From: Sphaerodactylus townsendi
Lineage: Eukaryota
DNA: 64,000 nt
Assembly (NCBI RefSeq): GCF_021028975.2
Contig: NC_059438.1
Span: 8,804,001 to 8,868,000, forward strand
Direction of reading: 5' to 3'
Shown piece after piece: positions 34,501-45,739 of this stretch. How positions within the stretch are numbered: the stretch's first letter is position 1; each line of letters starts with the position of its first letter. The notes beneath the pieces are model-generated. The model ran no database searches and was not told where the DNA came from. It was given only the letters and a program-made list of their open reading frames with translations. A program made the position numbers and the translations under genes.

Positions 34501-37500
34501 ACTGAGGACAGACTGACAGAAGGCATGCCAGCGCATGAGGCATTGTTGGGAAACCTCTTTGCTTCTTTTGTCTAGAAGCTGTACAGTTAATCTAGGTGGT
34601 TCTGCTATTGGCACGAAGTTAATAATCCTCTTGGAGATGCATGCCTGAGCCATTCAGGTCTCGGGTAGCAGGGCTGGGGAAGGGCTTTCTCAGCCATGGG
34701 CTGAGGTGTTGTCACGTCAACCCAAAAAGGACGGGGCGAGGTGGATCAATGGCCTGACAGCCCCCCTGTGTCAGGAGGGGCTGTGATTCAGGGACTGTGC
34801 TTCAGTGTTTGGTATACAGAAGGCAAATCTCTGGCATCTCCTGCTAGAGATTATAGGGAAGATTGAAGACCCCAGAGAACTACTTCTCATCTGAGTAGAT
34901 GAGTCCAGCCTCAATGGACCAACAGTCTTATTCAGCATAAAGCAGCTTCATGTTTTCATGTGTTCAGGTAGGTACAACCTCCAGATCAGGGGTAGGGAAT
35001 CCTGTTTCTTCAGAGGGCTCAGGAACTACCGTTTTATCAGTCTTGAACCAGCATGGCCAATTGGCCATGCTGGTAGGGGCTGATGGGAATTGTAGTTCCT
35101 GAACATCTGGAGAGCCACAGGTTCCCTACCCCTGCTCTACATGTTCTGGGTTTACCAGATCTTCTGCTGGGGTAGAAAACATCTTTCTATTCTCTTATCT
35201 CTGCTGTGGTTTGGCCAGACAGCGGGGAAAATGGGTGGGAAAAGCATTGTTGCACCAAGAGCGCCACATCACCTGGTCCAAACCCTGAAGTGACATCACT
35301 GTATCAATGAGATGCTCTAGGATTCACCTAAAACTCTATGGTAAACCGAAAGAGGTTTTTTTGGAGGGTAGATCCCTGAGCATTATGTTGAAGCACATTA
35401 CAGTCAATCCAGTGCTGCCATCAATATACTCTTCCCTGTGAGATAAACCCATGTGTCGAGGAGTGATATTTTAAGGTCATTACTGCCTTGTATGATGTTA
35501 CTCTTAACTAGGCAAGGCAAGGCGAGGAGAATGATTGGGGGACAGCTGGCCAGTTGCTCACCATCTCAGCTGTGTTTCTTTCTTCCTTTTGCCTGCCAGA
35601 TATAAAGCATGAGGTGTGAGTTTTGGCACCAGCTAAAAGGCAAGAGCCAAAGGGCTATTTGCCTTTGACCTTTGACCCACAGCTCATAGTCTTTCACCAT
35701 TAGGTTAGCTGGCTACCAGATTTAAAAAACTAAGTAGGATTTGATATTTTGAGGGGTGCATTTTGTATTTTGCTTGTTTATATTGCTGTTTAATTCAAGT
35801 ATGTGATTCTTTGAGCTGCTTTGACCTTCTTAGGGGTACTAAATTACAAGAATAAAAAAATACTAAAATAAATGATTTTTTAAAAAGGCGGGAAGTAAAG
35901 CTTTTTGAGCTACTGTCCCAGTCACTGAACAAAGTCTAAACAGGCCTTGACTTGGCAAAGATTGCCATGAACTTTTCATCCTCCACAGATGGGCTTAAGG
36001 AACAACCCATTTTTCTAAATAATAGAGCTATTGCTGCATGCCACTTGGAGGACTAGCATCACTGCTGACTGATTCCATGAACACCAGTGCCTGTTTTTCT
36101 GCCATGAATGAAGCCAGGAGGCATGCAAGTTTCTACAGAGCAAGAACAATGATAGAGGGTTGCTAAAGAAACACCCTGTAGGATTGGTTGGCATAATATT
36201 CCTCTCAGTGTTAGCCTCAGGTTTGAGCCCAGAAAGCTACCAATGACCTTTCAGAAAGATTTCTCTGGGGCCTGATCTTGTTCAGAAGAAAAAACACATG
36301 ATTCTTGGTTAGGATGGGTGTGGGGTAGAGATTATAGAGAGTTGGGTTAGGATCTGGGAGACTCAGGTCAGCATCTCCATTCTGCCATGGAAACTTGCTG
36401 GCTGACTTATCTCACACCAGTCACTCGCTTTCAGTCTAACCTACCACACAGGTTTGTTGTGAGGATGAAATCAAGGAGAAGAAAATGGTATAAGTTGCTT
36501 TGGCAGCATATAATGAAGTAAATAAATAAATATGGCTGGTATGTTTTGGTGGCCCCTTGCATGTCTCCCAAGGGTCTGCTGGTTTCACCCAGTAAGCCCA
36601 GGATACCAGGAACTACACCCTATCAGTTTCTGTCAGCAAGGCCAATTGGCCATGCTGGTAGGGGCTGATGGGAATTGTAGTTCCTGAACATCTGGAGAGC
36701 CGCAGGTTCCCTACCCCTGGTCTACAGGATACATTCAGCCCCCTGAGGTTTGGGTCCTCCCAGTCTTCCCCCTACCCCCATTAACATCATAGATGAAGAA
36801 ACAATAATGGAAAGAAAAGGATGAGGAAGTATGCAATGGGACATACCAAGTTTCAGTATCACTAGGTTGGGATGTTTGCAAGCCAGCTTTTTCAGCTCCT
36901 GGAATCAGAAAAGGTCATTATGTTATGCCACAAGAATCTGGTAGGCCTTCTTTGGCCCTTCCTGGGAGAGCCAGGCCTGTTATTTATGCCTTGGTAACAT
37001 CCAGGTGGCTCTGACCTGGATGGTCTAGGACAGTGACAGCTAATCTTTTCAAGACCAAGTGCCCAAATTGCAACCCAAAACCCACTTATTTATTGCAAAG
37101 TGCCAACATGGCAATTTAACCTGAATACTGAGGTTTTAGTTTAGAAAAACAGTCAGCTCCAAGGCGTGCGTTACTTGGGAGTAAGCTTGGTGGAAGTCAG
37201 TGGCTTTGCTTTGAAGCAACCATGCAACTCTTCCAAAGGGTGAATCACGACCCTCGGAGTGTTTACTCAGAAGCAAGCCTCATTGCCAGCAACTGCATTT
37301 ACTCCCAGGTAGAGGATCGCACTTTAGTTCTTTGCATGAAAATCAGTGGGGTTTAATAGCGCTTAACAGGGTTACCTACACTGCTTCCCCAAAACTAGGT
37401 CCTAGGTTTAATGCTAATAATCGAGCCCAGCGGCCCAGGCCAGCCTAGATGTGTGTGTGGGGACTCTGTGCGTGCCCACAGAGAGGGCTCTGAGTGCCAC

Positions 37501-40500
37501 CTCTGGCACCCGTGCCATAGGTTCACCTCCACTGGTCTAGGATAGCTCAATCTTGTCAAATCTTGGAAGCTAAGCAGGGTCAGGCTAAGGTGGGAGACCA
37601 CCTAGCAAGACAAGGGTTGCTACACAGAGGCAGGCCATGGCAAACAACATCTGTTCATCTCTTGCCTTGAAAAGCCTACGGGGTCATCTGTCAGCTTTTC
37701 CAACCACAACATCCAAGTAAAGTTAGCACAAAATGTAGTAAATGAGGATACCTGTGGAGTCCATTTGGAAATTCTAGCTATTCCAGAACACAGTTGCTCA
37801 AATGCTATCTGGGTTGAGTAGAGGGAGCATCTCCCCAGTGTCCCTAGAACATCACAGTTTACCAGTTCCTTTCTGAGTGCTGGTTATGACCAGGGCAGGA
37901 TGACCTGCTGCCACATGTGCTCCCATCTTCTGAGATTTGGTGGGTGGCTAGTATGGAACCTTTTCTGTAGTGTCACACCGCCTTTGGAAGTCCCTCCCCT
38001 TATCTATCCATCAGCAGCCTTCATTAACGACCTTGAGGCTGCCTTGACAAAGCAACCATTATCTGTGTTTCTTCTAGTGTTGCTGTAAATGCAGAGGATT
38101 TCATAGCAGCTACAGAGCATCTCCTGGGTCATTTTGCCCACACTTCCCAGCCTGCATCTCATGGTCATATTCTCCTCACTACACACCACCAGAAGGTTTA
38201 TTTAATGAAATTGACATATTGCTCTGAAGTGAATCCTGGGCAATCCAGTACATTTTGGAAATTGACATCTTGCTATAGCATAACATCAGTAATCGACATA
38301 AATTTTGGTTACGACTCTGTTTCAAATCTGCCCCTTATAGTCTAGCCCACATTATGCTTGCTGAACCTCCGGTAACGGATAATTGCAAAGTTAGTCTGGC
38401 TTGGTCTTTCTTTGGAGGCTATCCTGATGCTTACCTCCAAAGAAATTATAAGGGAAATTAAAACACAACTTCTCAACCAAGAGCAACAGTATCTCCTGTG
38501 CTACGTCATCATGCTCCCCATTTTATTTTGGTATTATGCCTAAACTGAGACAGATTGCCAAATATTTGTACCATTTAATTGAGCCCAGACAAAGGTGGGT
38601 TCTGACGAGGGCCAGATGTAATGTTGTTCTATCAGCTCTGCAACAGGGACATTTTTGTAACATTCCCCAGTTGGACGGAGTCTGTACAAACTGCTCAACT
38701 TCTGTCGAAACTCTTGAACATTTGCCCAAAATATTCTCCGCTTAGAGATGGTTGTTCTCTCTTATCCAAGACTAACGATCCTTTAAGCCGTACTATCTTG
38801 CGACTTCTGATCAGTGATGATTCTTTCACTCTGGAGAAGATTGCTCTGTTTTTGTTACAGGTCCTGGCCTTAGGAGACTTATTTTATGTGTCTATTGTAT
38901 GATCAATCTATGCCAATAAAGGTTTTGTTTGTTTGTTTATTAAATTGACTTATTAAATTTTTTTTAAGTCCTGTGGCAATGAACTGTATGTGTTGTGGGG
39001 TGCATGGGGTGCATGCGGTGGGGGGGAGAGGAATTACAGCCATAGGAGGTTGGTGAGAACAGTGACGCTCATGTGTGTGAGATCTGCAACGCAACCCTTC
39101 CCTCCCCACAACATGCAAGGGTGCTTTGATCGCCGTCTTTCCCAAAAGATCGTACCAAATCAGATTTGGAAAAAAGTTACAGCAAAGCAGAAAAAAAAAC
39201 ACAGAGCGAACAAAGTAACCCCCCCCCCCCCCCCCCAATTCTTGCTCCAGTTGAGACGTCTCTGTGTGGGAGTAACCTGGAAGGCTAAGTAAAAATAGTT
39301 TAGGGAAACTATTTTTGGCCTAGGCTTTCCATGGTGCATGAAAAGAAATTGGCAGTGCAAATCGAAGCAGGCATATCTGGGGTAAATCCCATGGAATTCA
39401 AAAGGACTTACTCCCTAATAAATATGCTTGAAATAGCAGCCTGTTTAATGCCGCTTCTAGTATATTCATCGTCATTGCCTTTCTCTAATTTGGGGGTTCT
39501 TTTGCTGTTTTGGGGAAAGTGCTTTCAAGTCACAGCTGATTGATGGTGATCCCATAGAGCTTTCAAGGCAAGAGAACAGAGGTGGTTTGCCATTGCTTGT
39601 CTCTGAGTAGCAACTCTGGACTTCCTTGGTGGTCTCCCATCCAAGTACTAACTAAGACCAACCCTGCTTAGCTTCTGAGATCCGATGAGATCAGGCTAGC
39701 CAGTGCCATCCAGGTCAGTGGTTGATTTTATAATATGGAAATAAGTGATCCTCAGGACTTTTTTTGAAAGGAAGAACACACACTTTTAATGCATTAAAAT
39801 GGATACTAATTATCCACTTTTTAGTTATTGAATCTGCATCTGTTGTGGCGAATGGGAAGGCCCATAGCCTGCCACCCAAAGTCCTATTTGACATGCCCCC
39901 TCAAGCTTCTGAAATTTCTGCAGGAATTGCCCACATGCATTCAAGACATAAAGACCAGCAACTTGATTTTAAAAATTAAAGCTATGATTAGTCAAGAAAC
40001 TCCGTTTCATGCATCTGTAGAAATGCACCATACACAAAACTCTGCAAATAATTATCAAGGATGTTCGCCCAGGAATTCTACTGATTTATACTGTAGATTG
40101 AGGGTATAGAATGACATAGTATATAGCCTGATCTCAGAAACTAAGCTGGGTCAGTACTGTTGGAAGTGACATTATCTAGCATGCTATGGAACTGAGAAGA
40201 CGACCCACCAGGGAGTGGGTAAGTGGTTAGCTAGATAGGCCTGGATGGTTGAACAGCTTCTGAAGATAACCAAGAATGCATAAATCTGATCCAGACGGAG
40301 AAGATAAACTCCAGAACCAAACACATGGATGTAAAGCATCATTGCGTAAGAAACATGATGGGCTTGTTGATTTGCATTACTGTGCATCACTGCTGTACAG
40401 AAGAAATGATTGCAAATGCATTGACCAAGCCCTTAACCAGAGACAAGTTTGAAAGTTTCCATAAGAAGACGAATCTTGTGGACTTTGCACCCTAGACCTT

Positions 40501-41008
40501 GAGGAGGAGGAGTGTCGGAAGTGACATTGGTGGATTCCGCGCAGCATAAATATAACGTCTTTAGGACATTATAAAAAGATCCATTTTGGAATTTTTTGTC
40601 TACAGAGCGGGAGAACACAAGCGTTGTCAGCCAAAACAGATCTCCCCCCCCCTCCCCCACCTACTGCATGGAGCTCTTGTCAGTTTCACAGTGGCGCCTG
40701 GGCTGCAGCAGATTCTCCGGGGAGATTCCCCACAGAGGTTTCTTCTGCTTGCAGCTAATCTGCACGCGATTTCACTGCAAAAAGTTAATTTAAAAAGTTT
40801 GTTTAGCCTAAAACCAGTCCTTCCGAAAAGGACTGTATGCTCACAAATCCTTGGCTCTCACCTGTGCTCTCCCATCCTGAGGATCACGGCATGTGGCAAA
40901 GATGATTTTGGGGGGATTTGGCAATCCTAAGAACTGTTTCACCAGTTCCAGACCGATGCCCCGATTGGCTCCGGTCACCAAGACGTTGCAAATAGTTTCC
41001 CCGGCCAT
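28435..41008 (-). CDS. C-factor (CsgA)-like classical short-chain dehydrogenase/reductase, 6 exons, 256 aa
   Basis: Exons 41008-40862, 36898-36847, 31712-31525, 31185-31027, 29524-29414, 28548-28435 (771 nt, open frame, GT-AG). Motifs TGANRGIG, TCR (NADPH type), NNAG, YRCAK, HPGWVKTDMG and C-terminal W. Confidence 0.95.
28826..28951. mobile_element. Palindromic hAT MITE
   Basis: CAGGGGTCTGCAACCTG...CAGGTTGCAGACCCCTG, 8-bp TSD TTATAGGG / GTATAGGG. Confidence 0.85.
29414..29524 (-). CDS. SDR exon 5
   Basis: AALNMLTRCQALEYKEDGILCAAIHPGWVKTDMGTEK. Confidence 0.94.
29569..30199. mobile_element. Two nested, oppositely oriented Squam3-like SINEs (inner + copy 29849-30150)
   Basis: Outer minus copy resumes (TCCAGATGAGAGTGC...) after the TTC tail of the inner copy. 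Confidence 0.85.
31027..31185 (-). CDS. SDR exon 4
   Basis: AFLPLVKAAAKQS...IINTSTIGSS...ISYRCAK. Confidence 0.94.
31525..31712 (-). CDS. SDR exon 3
   Basis: LTNEETIKAAAKEVEARLAGKGLNLLMNNAGIM...GPMLVTK. Confidence 0.94.
33647..34211. mobile_element. hAT MITE containing a nested related MITE (~33763-34178)
   Basis: TIR CAGTGGTG.GATTC..., TSD GCTGAGAG; same family as 5047-5351. Confidence 0.8.
36847..36898 (-). CDS. SDR exon 2 (52 nt)
   Basis: ELKKLACKHPNLVILKL(E), ttccAG acceptor and GTATGT donor. Confidence 0.9.
37031..37534 (-). mobile_element. Non-autonomous hAT element (CAGTG.TGGCGAACCT family) inserted in a 5S-derived SINE
   Basis: Perfect 8-bp TSD GTCTAGGA; inverted homologue of 54419-54947. 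Confidence 0.88.
38280..38942 (+). mobile_element. 3' end of a non-LTR LINE (RTE-X-like), degenerate
   Basis: Remnant ...LTRARCNVV...CTNC...ETLEH..CPKY zinc-finger-like C-terminus, AATAAAGG and (TTTG)n tail; a similar tail lies at ~33110-33245. Confidence 0.6.
39511..39718 (-). mobile_element. 5S rRNA-derived SINE with Sauria/BovB-like tail
   Basis: 5S-like GATCTCATCGGATCTCAGAAGCTAAGCAGGG...AGTACTTGGATGGGAGACC followed by the GCAATGGCAAACCACCTCTG tail. Confidence 0.8.
40158..40528 (+). mobile_element. Highly deleted second copia remnant in SDR intron 1
   Basis: LTR start TGTTGGAAGTGACATT at 40158; RNase H C-terminus EDNQECINL...RTKHMDVKHH...MIANALTKPL; PPT GAGGAGGAGGAG; second LTR start TGTCGGAAGTGACATT at 40513. 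Confidence 0.8.
40862..41008 (-). CDS. SDR exon 1
   Basis: MAGETICNVLVTGANRGIGLELVKQFLGLPNPPKIIFATCRDPQDGRAQ, donor GTGAGA. Confidence 0.93.
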
Positions 41009-41817
41009 TCTAAGTCAGAAGCGATCTTCCAAGGTTGGCTTAATCGTCTCTTGTGTCCTTTTGAGTTTGATCTGAGAGGTTTCCTTCTTTCCAATCTCCG
41101 CCTCTTTTCTGAGGTCTACTGAGGGGAGGGACAGAGGTTGGCTCCTTGTGTTTTCTATTAGAAGAGATGGGTGTTTGTGCTGCGCGCAGGGATGTGACTC
41201 ATGGAGGAAATCTGCTTTGGATAAACAAACACAACTTTGCAAACTGTAGCTCAGAAAGCCCTGCAGCACAGCACACTGGATTTGTTAATAGGGTGGCTGA
41301 GAGCCATCACAAGCTTCCAGAGGAAGAATCCCTCTCTTTCCCCCATCCATATTCAGAAGAGCTCCAGGCCCGCAGCCAGAGTTCCTTTCTGGTAGAGGGG
41401 CAAATGAGTGCAGTGCTGAATAGTCCATCATTTATTTATTTGTTTGTTTTGTCTGCTTTTCTTACTGACACTCAAGGAGGGTTATATGGTATAAAACCAT
41501 GTAATCAAGTTGCATGAGATGTCTAATAAACAGTGGCATAGGACTAGGATTACAAACATCAGAAGAGTGCAAACAAATATCAGACATGATGTCCAACTAG
41601 GCAGAAAACGGAATTACAAAAGTTGAAAACAATGCACTAAAAGCCAGATACTACATAAACAAATACCCTGTTTCCCCGAATATAAGACATCCCCAGAAAA
41701 TAAGACGTAGTAGAGGTTTTGCTGAAGTGCGAAATATAAGGCATCCCCCGAAAGTAAGATGCAGCAACGTTTTTGTTTGGAAGCATGCCTGGCAAACAGA
41801 ATACAGAAAAATAAGAC

Positions 41818-42345
41818 TGTTGGGATAAGTGCTCCTGGTAGTTGGAGATTATCTCTTAATCGTAGTTAGCAGAGCGGCACGGGTGGCTAGAACACAGCAG
41901 AAGCCTTACCTCGCGGTGCGCAAGGCAGCGCGGATGAGTCCCAACAAATGTGCAAGCTTACACAAAAGAAAGTCGGAGTCAGTTATAGTTTCTTATCTAA
42001 TAAAAAGAGTATTTATTAGTGAACTCCATTCTGGATAGAAAGGTAGGTAGATAGAGTCACTATGCTATCTTAATCTAGCTGGATGGAGAGGGATGCGAGG
42101 AGCATCCATCCTATCTATGGGCATGGTAGGAAGAAGTGGGGGTGAGAAGGGGCTCAAGGAAGAAGCTTCGAAGGGAAGGAAGTCCCTGAGAGTATCAGTC
42201 TAACATCAAAGGGATAGAACCAGCATGATAGAGTAAAGGTGTCAAATCCCTAGGTCCCTATCTAGCCACTAGCTCTCTAGTAAAAACCCCTCTGTAGGTT
42301 GAGGCAGGAAACAGCATAACAGTGTAAAGTCCTTCACTTCCAAAA
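41818..42345 (-). repeat. copia 3' LTR
   Basis: Near-identical direct repeat of 50266-50778. Confidence 0.93.
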
Positions 42346-45300
42346 CCCCCTCTCGATGTTTCTTGACTCAGGTAGTCAGGCTTATCTTGCTTCTAAACTT
42401 CTCAAAAGCAGGTTTCGGTAGGGGTTTAGTGAAGAGATCTGCAAGCATCTCGGTGGGTGTGGCAGTAGGTCAGTTGAATGAAGCCATTCTTTTGCAGCCT
42501 TCTCACTATGTGGCACTTCACATCAATGTGCTTTGGTGCTCTTCACATCTTCTTGTTTAGATAGTTTAATGCACCTTTGGTTATCTTCATACACTGGTAT
42601 AGGAAGTGGTGTGTCTATGCCTAGATCCTTTAGGAGTTGGCATAACCACTGTAACTCGTAATAAACGTGAGCAGCAGACACATATTCTGCTTCTGTGGTA
42701 GATGCTGCTGTTATGTCTTGTTTGGTACTAGACCAACTAATAGGACCATTACTGCAAAGAAAAATGATCTGCCCATTGGTAGATGCTCTGTCAGTTGAGT
42801 CTCGGCCCAATCTGCATCAACATAAGCTATTAGTGTAGCATCTTTGGTAGCTGGCAGTTTCAGTTTAAGATGTGCGGTTCCTTTCAGATATCTAGAAAGT
42901 GTCTTCAGTGCATTCCAGTCCTTAACTGTTGGTGAAGCAGTCTTTCTGCTTAGTGTCCACTGCTGTAATTTATAGTCTGGTCGGTTTGAGCACTGATGCT
43001 CAAAAGTTCATTTAGAGCTTCTTTATATTTAGTGTTATCAGAGAGTTGTTTAGTGAAATTGTCTTCCTTTATGTAACCTCGCTTGTACAGGTTGAATGGG
43101 AGCTGGATGTGCATCGTAGGTGATCCAGTAAGTTGATTAGGTCTGTAATCTTCTGTTGTTGATTCAAAAGGAAACTCCCGCTCTCTCTCTATTTGAATTC
43201 CTAAGTAGTGCAACATTTCTAGTCGCTTAATTTCAAGTCGTTGGTTCAGATATTGTATTAATCCTTTGTAGTCATCTTGGTCATCATAGACCAAAAAGCA
43301 ATTCTTCATTAAAAGCAAAATATAAGTCCTTTTTCCATTTCTGTTCCTGGACATAAAGGCATTGGTCAGCCTTTACTTTGTTGAAAGTTTGCTTGAAGTA
43401 GCACGCTGTTCAAAAAAATGTGGATTCAATCTTTATCTGTTGAACTTGCATCTGCTTGCTAGCTGCTATGCTGGAGTAAAGTTCTTATGGTGGTAAAGTT
43501 GACAGTTGAATCAAAAAAATTTCATCAGAGTCTTTCCATTGGTTTGGTTCATCTAACGCCGAAGTTTGCGAGGTAGGAAAGTCCCAGTCTTGCAGGTGGT
43601 ACCTCTTTGTTTGTACTTCTGATCGCCTCACCTCATCTCTTGGGATTTCTTCCCCTCTGCAACTGCTGCTGGTACTGGTAGGTACTCTGGTTCAACATCT
43701 ACATCTGGAATTTCTTTCTGGTTCATCAAATACATCTTGTTTATCATCTAAATCTGGCGCTTGTCATCTCTCTGTGCATCAAGCTATAACAGGATACATC
43801 AGCCAGTCTTGCTAGCTTGGTCTGGTCATTGTGTGCCCCTCTGGAGACATGGCCATTTTATTTTCCCTTTTCAAACTGAACAGATCTGCTGGATCATGAT
43901 CTCATGTGTATCAGGGTTCATCAAGTTTATAAGCTTTTGATTGAGCAGAATATCTAGGAAGATTGCTTTCTTGGCTCTTGGTTCAAACTTACTCTTTCGT
44001 TTTTCTTTGCAAACATATACATAAGCTGTGCATCCAAAGACTCTTAGGTGTGCCATTGATGGCTTGTAACCTTGCCAAAGTTCAAAAGGTGTGAGGCCTG
44101 TGACTCTAGTGTACAGCCTATTGTGTATGTATGTTGCTGTCATGATTCCTTCTCCCCAGAAGTGCTGAGGGAGATGTGCATTAATTAGCATGCACCTTAC
44201 CTTGGTCAGTAGACTTCGATTAGCTCTTTCTGAAGTGCCATTTTGAGCTGGGCAATATGGAACCGTGGTCTGGTGTTGAATTCCTTCAGATTTCATGAAG
44301 TCCTGCATCGCTCTGGATGTGTATTCTCCAGCACCATCACTTCGTAGGACTTGAATATTTCATTGAACTTGTTCTGCGCCATTCTGACATAGTCTTTAAA
44401 CCTGTCCAAAGTCTCAGATCTTTCTTTCAAAAGAAATGTGGTTACATATCTAGAATAATCATCAATAAATGTCAGAAAATATTTAAATTTACCAATCGTT
44501 TCAGGAAGTGGCCCACAAATGTCAGAGTGCACTAGATCCAGAGGTTGCTTCATTTTTCTCTCACTCTGTTTAGGATAAGATGTGTTCACAGCTTTAGCTT
44601 GTAGACAAGAATCACAAGAAAAGTTAGTTTCACAGTTTTCAGAAACAATATCTTTAGTCAAACCTTCTTTATGCATTTTCAGGATTGTATCATGTGCACA
44701 GTGGCCTAGGCGTTGATGCCATATGCTCAAGCAATTTTTGTGGTTGCAGGCTTTTGCTAAATTGGTTTGAAAATCATCATTGCATTTTTCAAGTTCAAGT
44801 TTATTTTGTTCTGCATTCATAGGAACATCAGGCAATTGATTAACGTGGTACAGTCCATTCATTTGAGATGCAATGAGACACAATTCCTCTTCCTTTGTAA
44901 CATAACATTTCCCATTTTTAAAATTCAATTCAAAATTCTGCTTTTCCATTTCAGCTATTGACAGCAAAGAATTGGTCATCTCTGGTGCATAATATGCATT
45001 TTCAATGGTAAAATTAGCAACTTCATTATCAGGCAATATACAAGGGATCTCTGCAGTCCCTGAATATGATGAGAGAACATACTGTATCATTTCCCATGTA
45101 AATTCTTTTGTTCTGGGATTTTACTCAGTTCTACAAACAGGTCTAATCTGTTGAGGACATTGCATGAGGCACCACTATCAATTAAACAGTCATTTTGTCA
45201 CCTTTATGTGCACGGTGTAAAATTCAAGCGCATTCTTAAAAGCTTGCTCAGATTGTCCTTGCTTAGGGAATCTTTTAGTCGAAGAGTCTCCCCCTGGTGG

Positions 45301-45739
45301 CTGGCTGTTGTTGAAACAGCGATTCGCTTTGTGACCTGGCTGTTGGCATTTGTTACAAAATGATCTCTTTGTTAGAGGTGAACTTGGTTGGGACCGCATG
45401 GCCTATAGGTATTTTTATTGCTGTGGCCAAATTGCACATCAAAGGAACTTTCCCTGGCTCTGGTGGTCACGTGATCTCTTCCATCGGGTTGGGCCCCCCT
45501 TCCTCTAAAGGGTTGAGCTCCCCTTCCTCCATAGCCATCTCTGGTCATTTGCATTTCTAAAGGTCTGCCCTTTGTTTTGAATGGAAGGATGCCTTAAAGG
45601 CATTATGTTCCAAAGACTGAGAGGGCTGACTTTTCCCTGCATTTCCAGCCATTACATCCTGACGAGAAATATACATTTTGATCTCTTCTACAGCTTGAGA
45701 GAATTTTAAACCTTCCCTCTGTTCCAAATTGGCAACGAG

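Noticed and set aside
39600-39700. 5S rRNA gene
   Set aside because: Diverged 5S-like head fused to a LINE-derived tail and present as several dispersed copies, so a SINE rather than an rRNA gene
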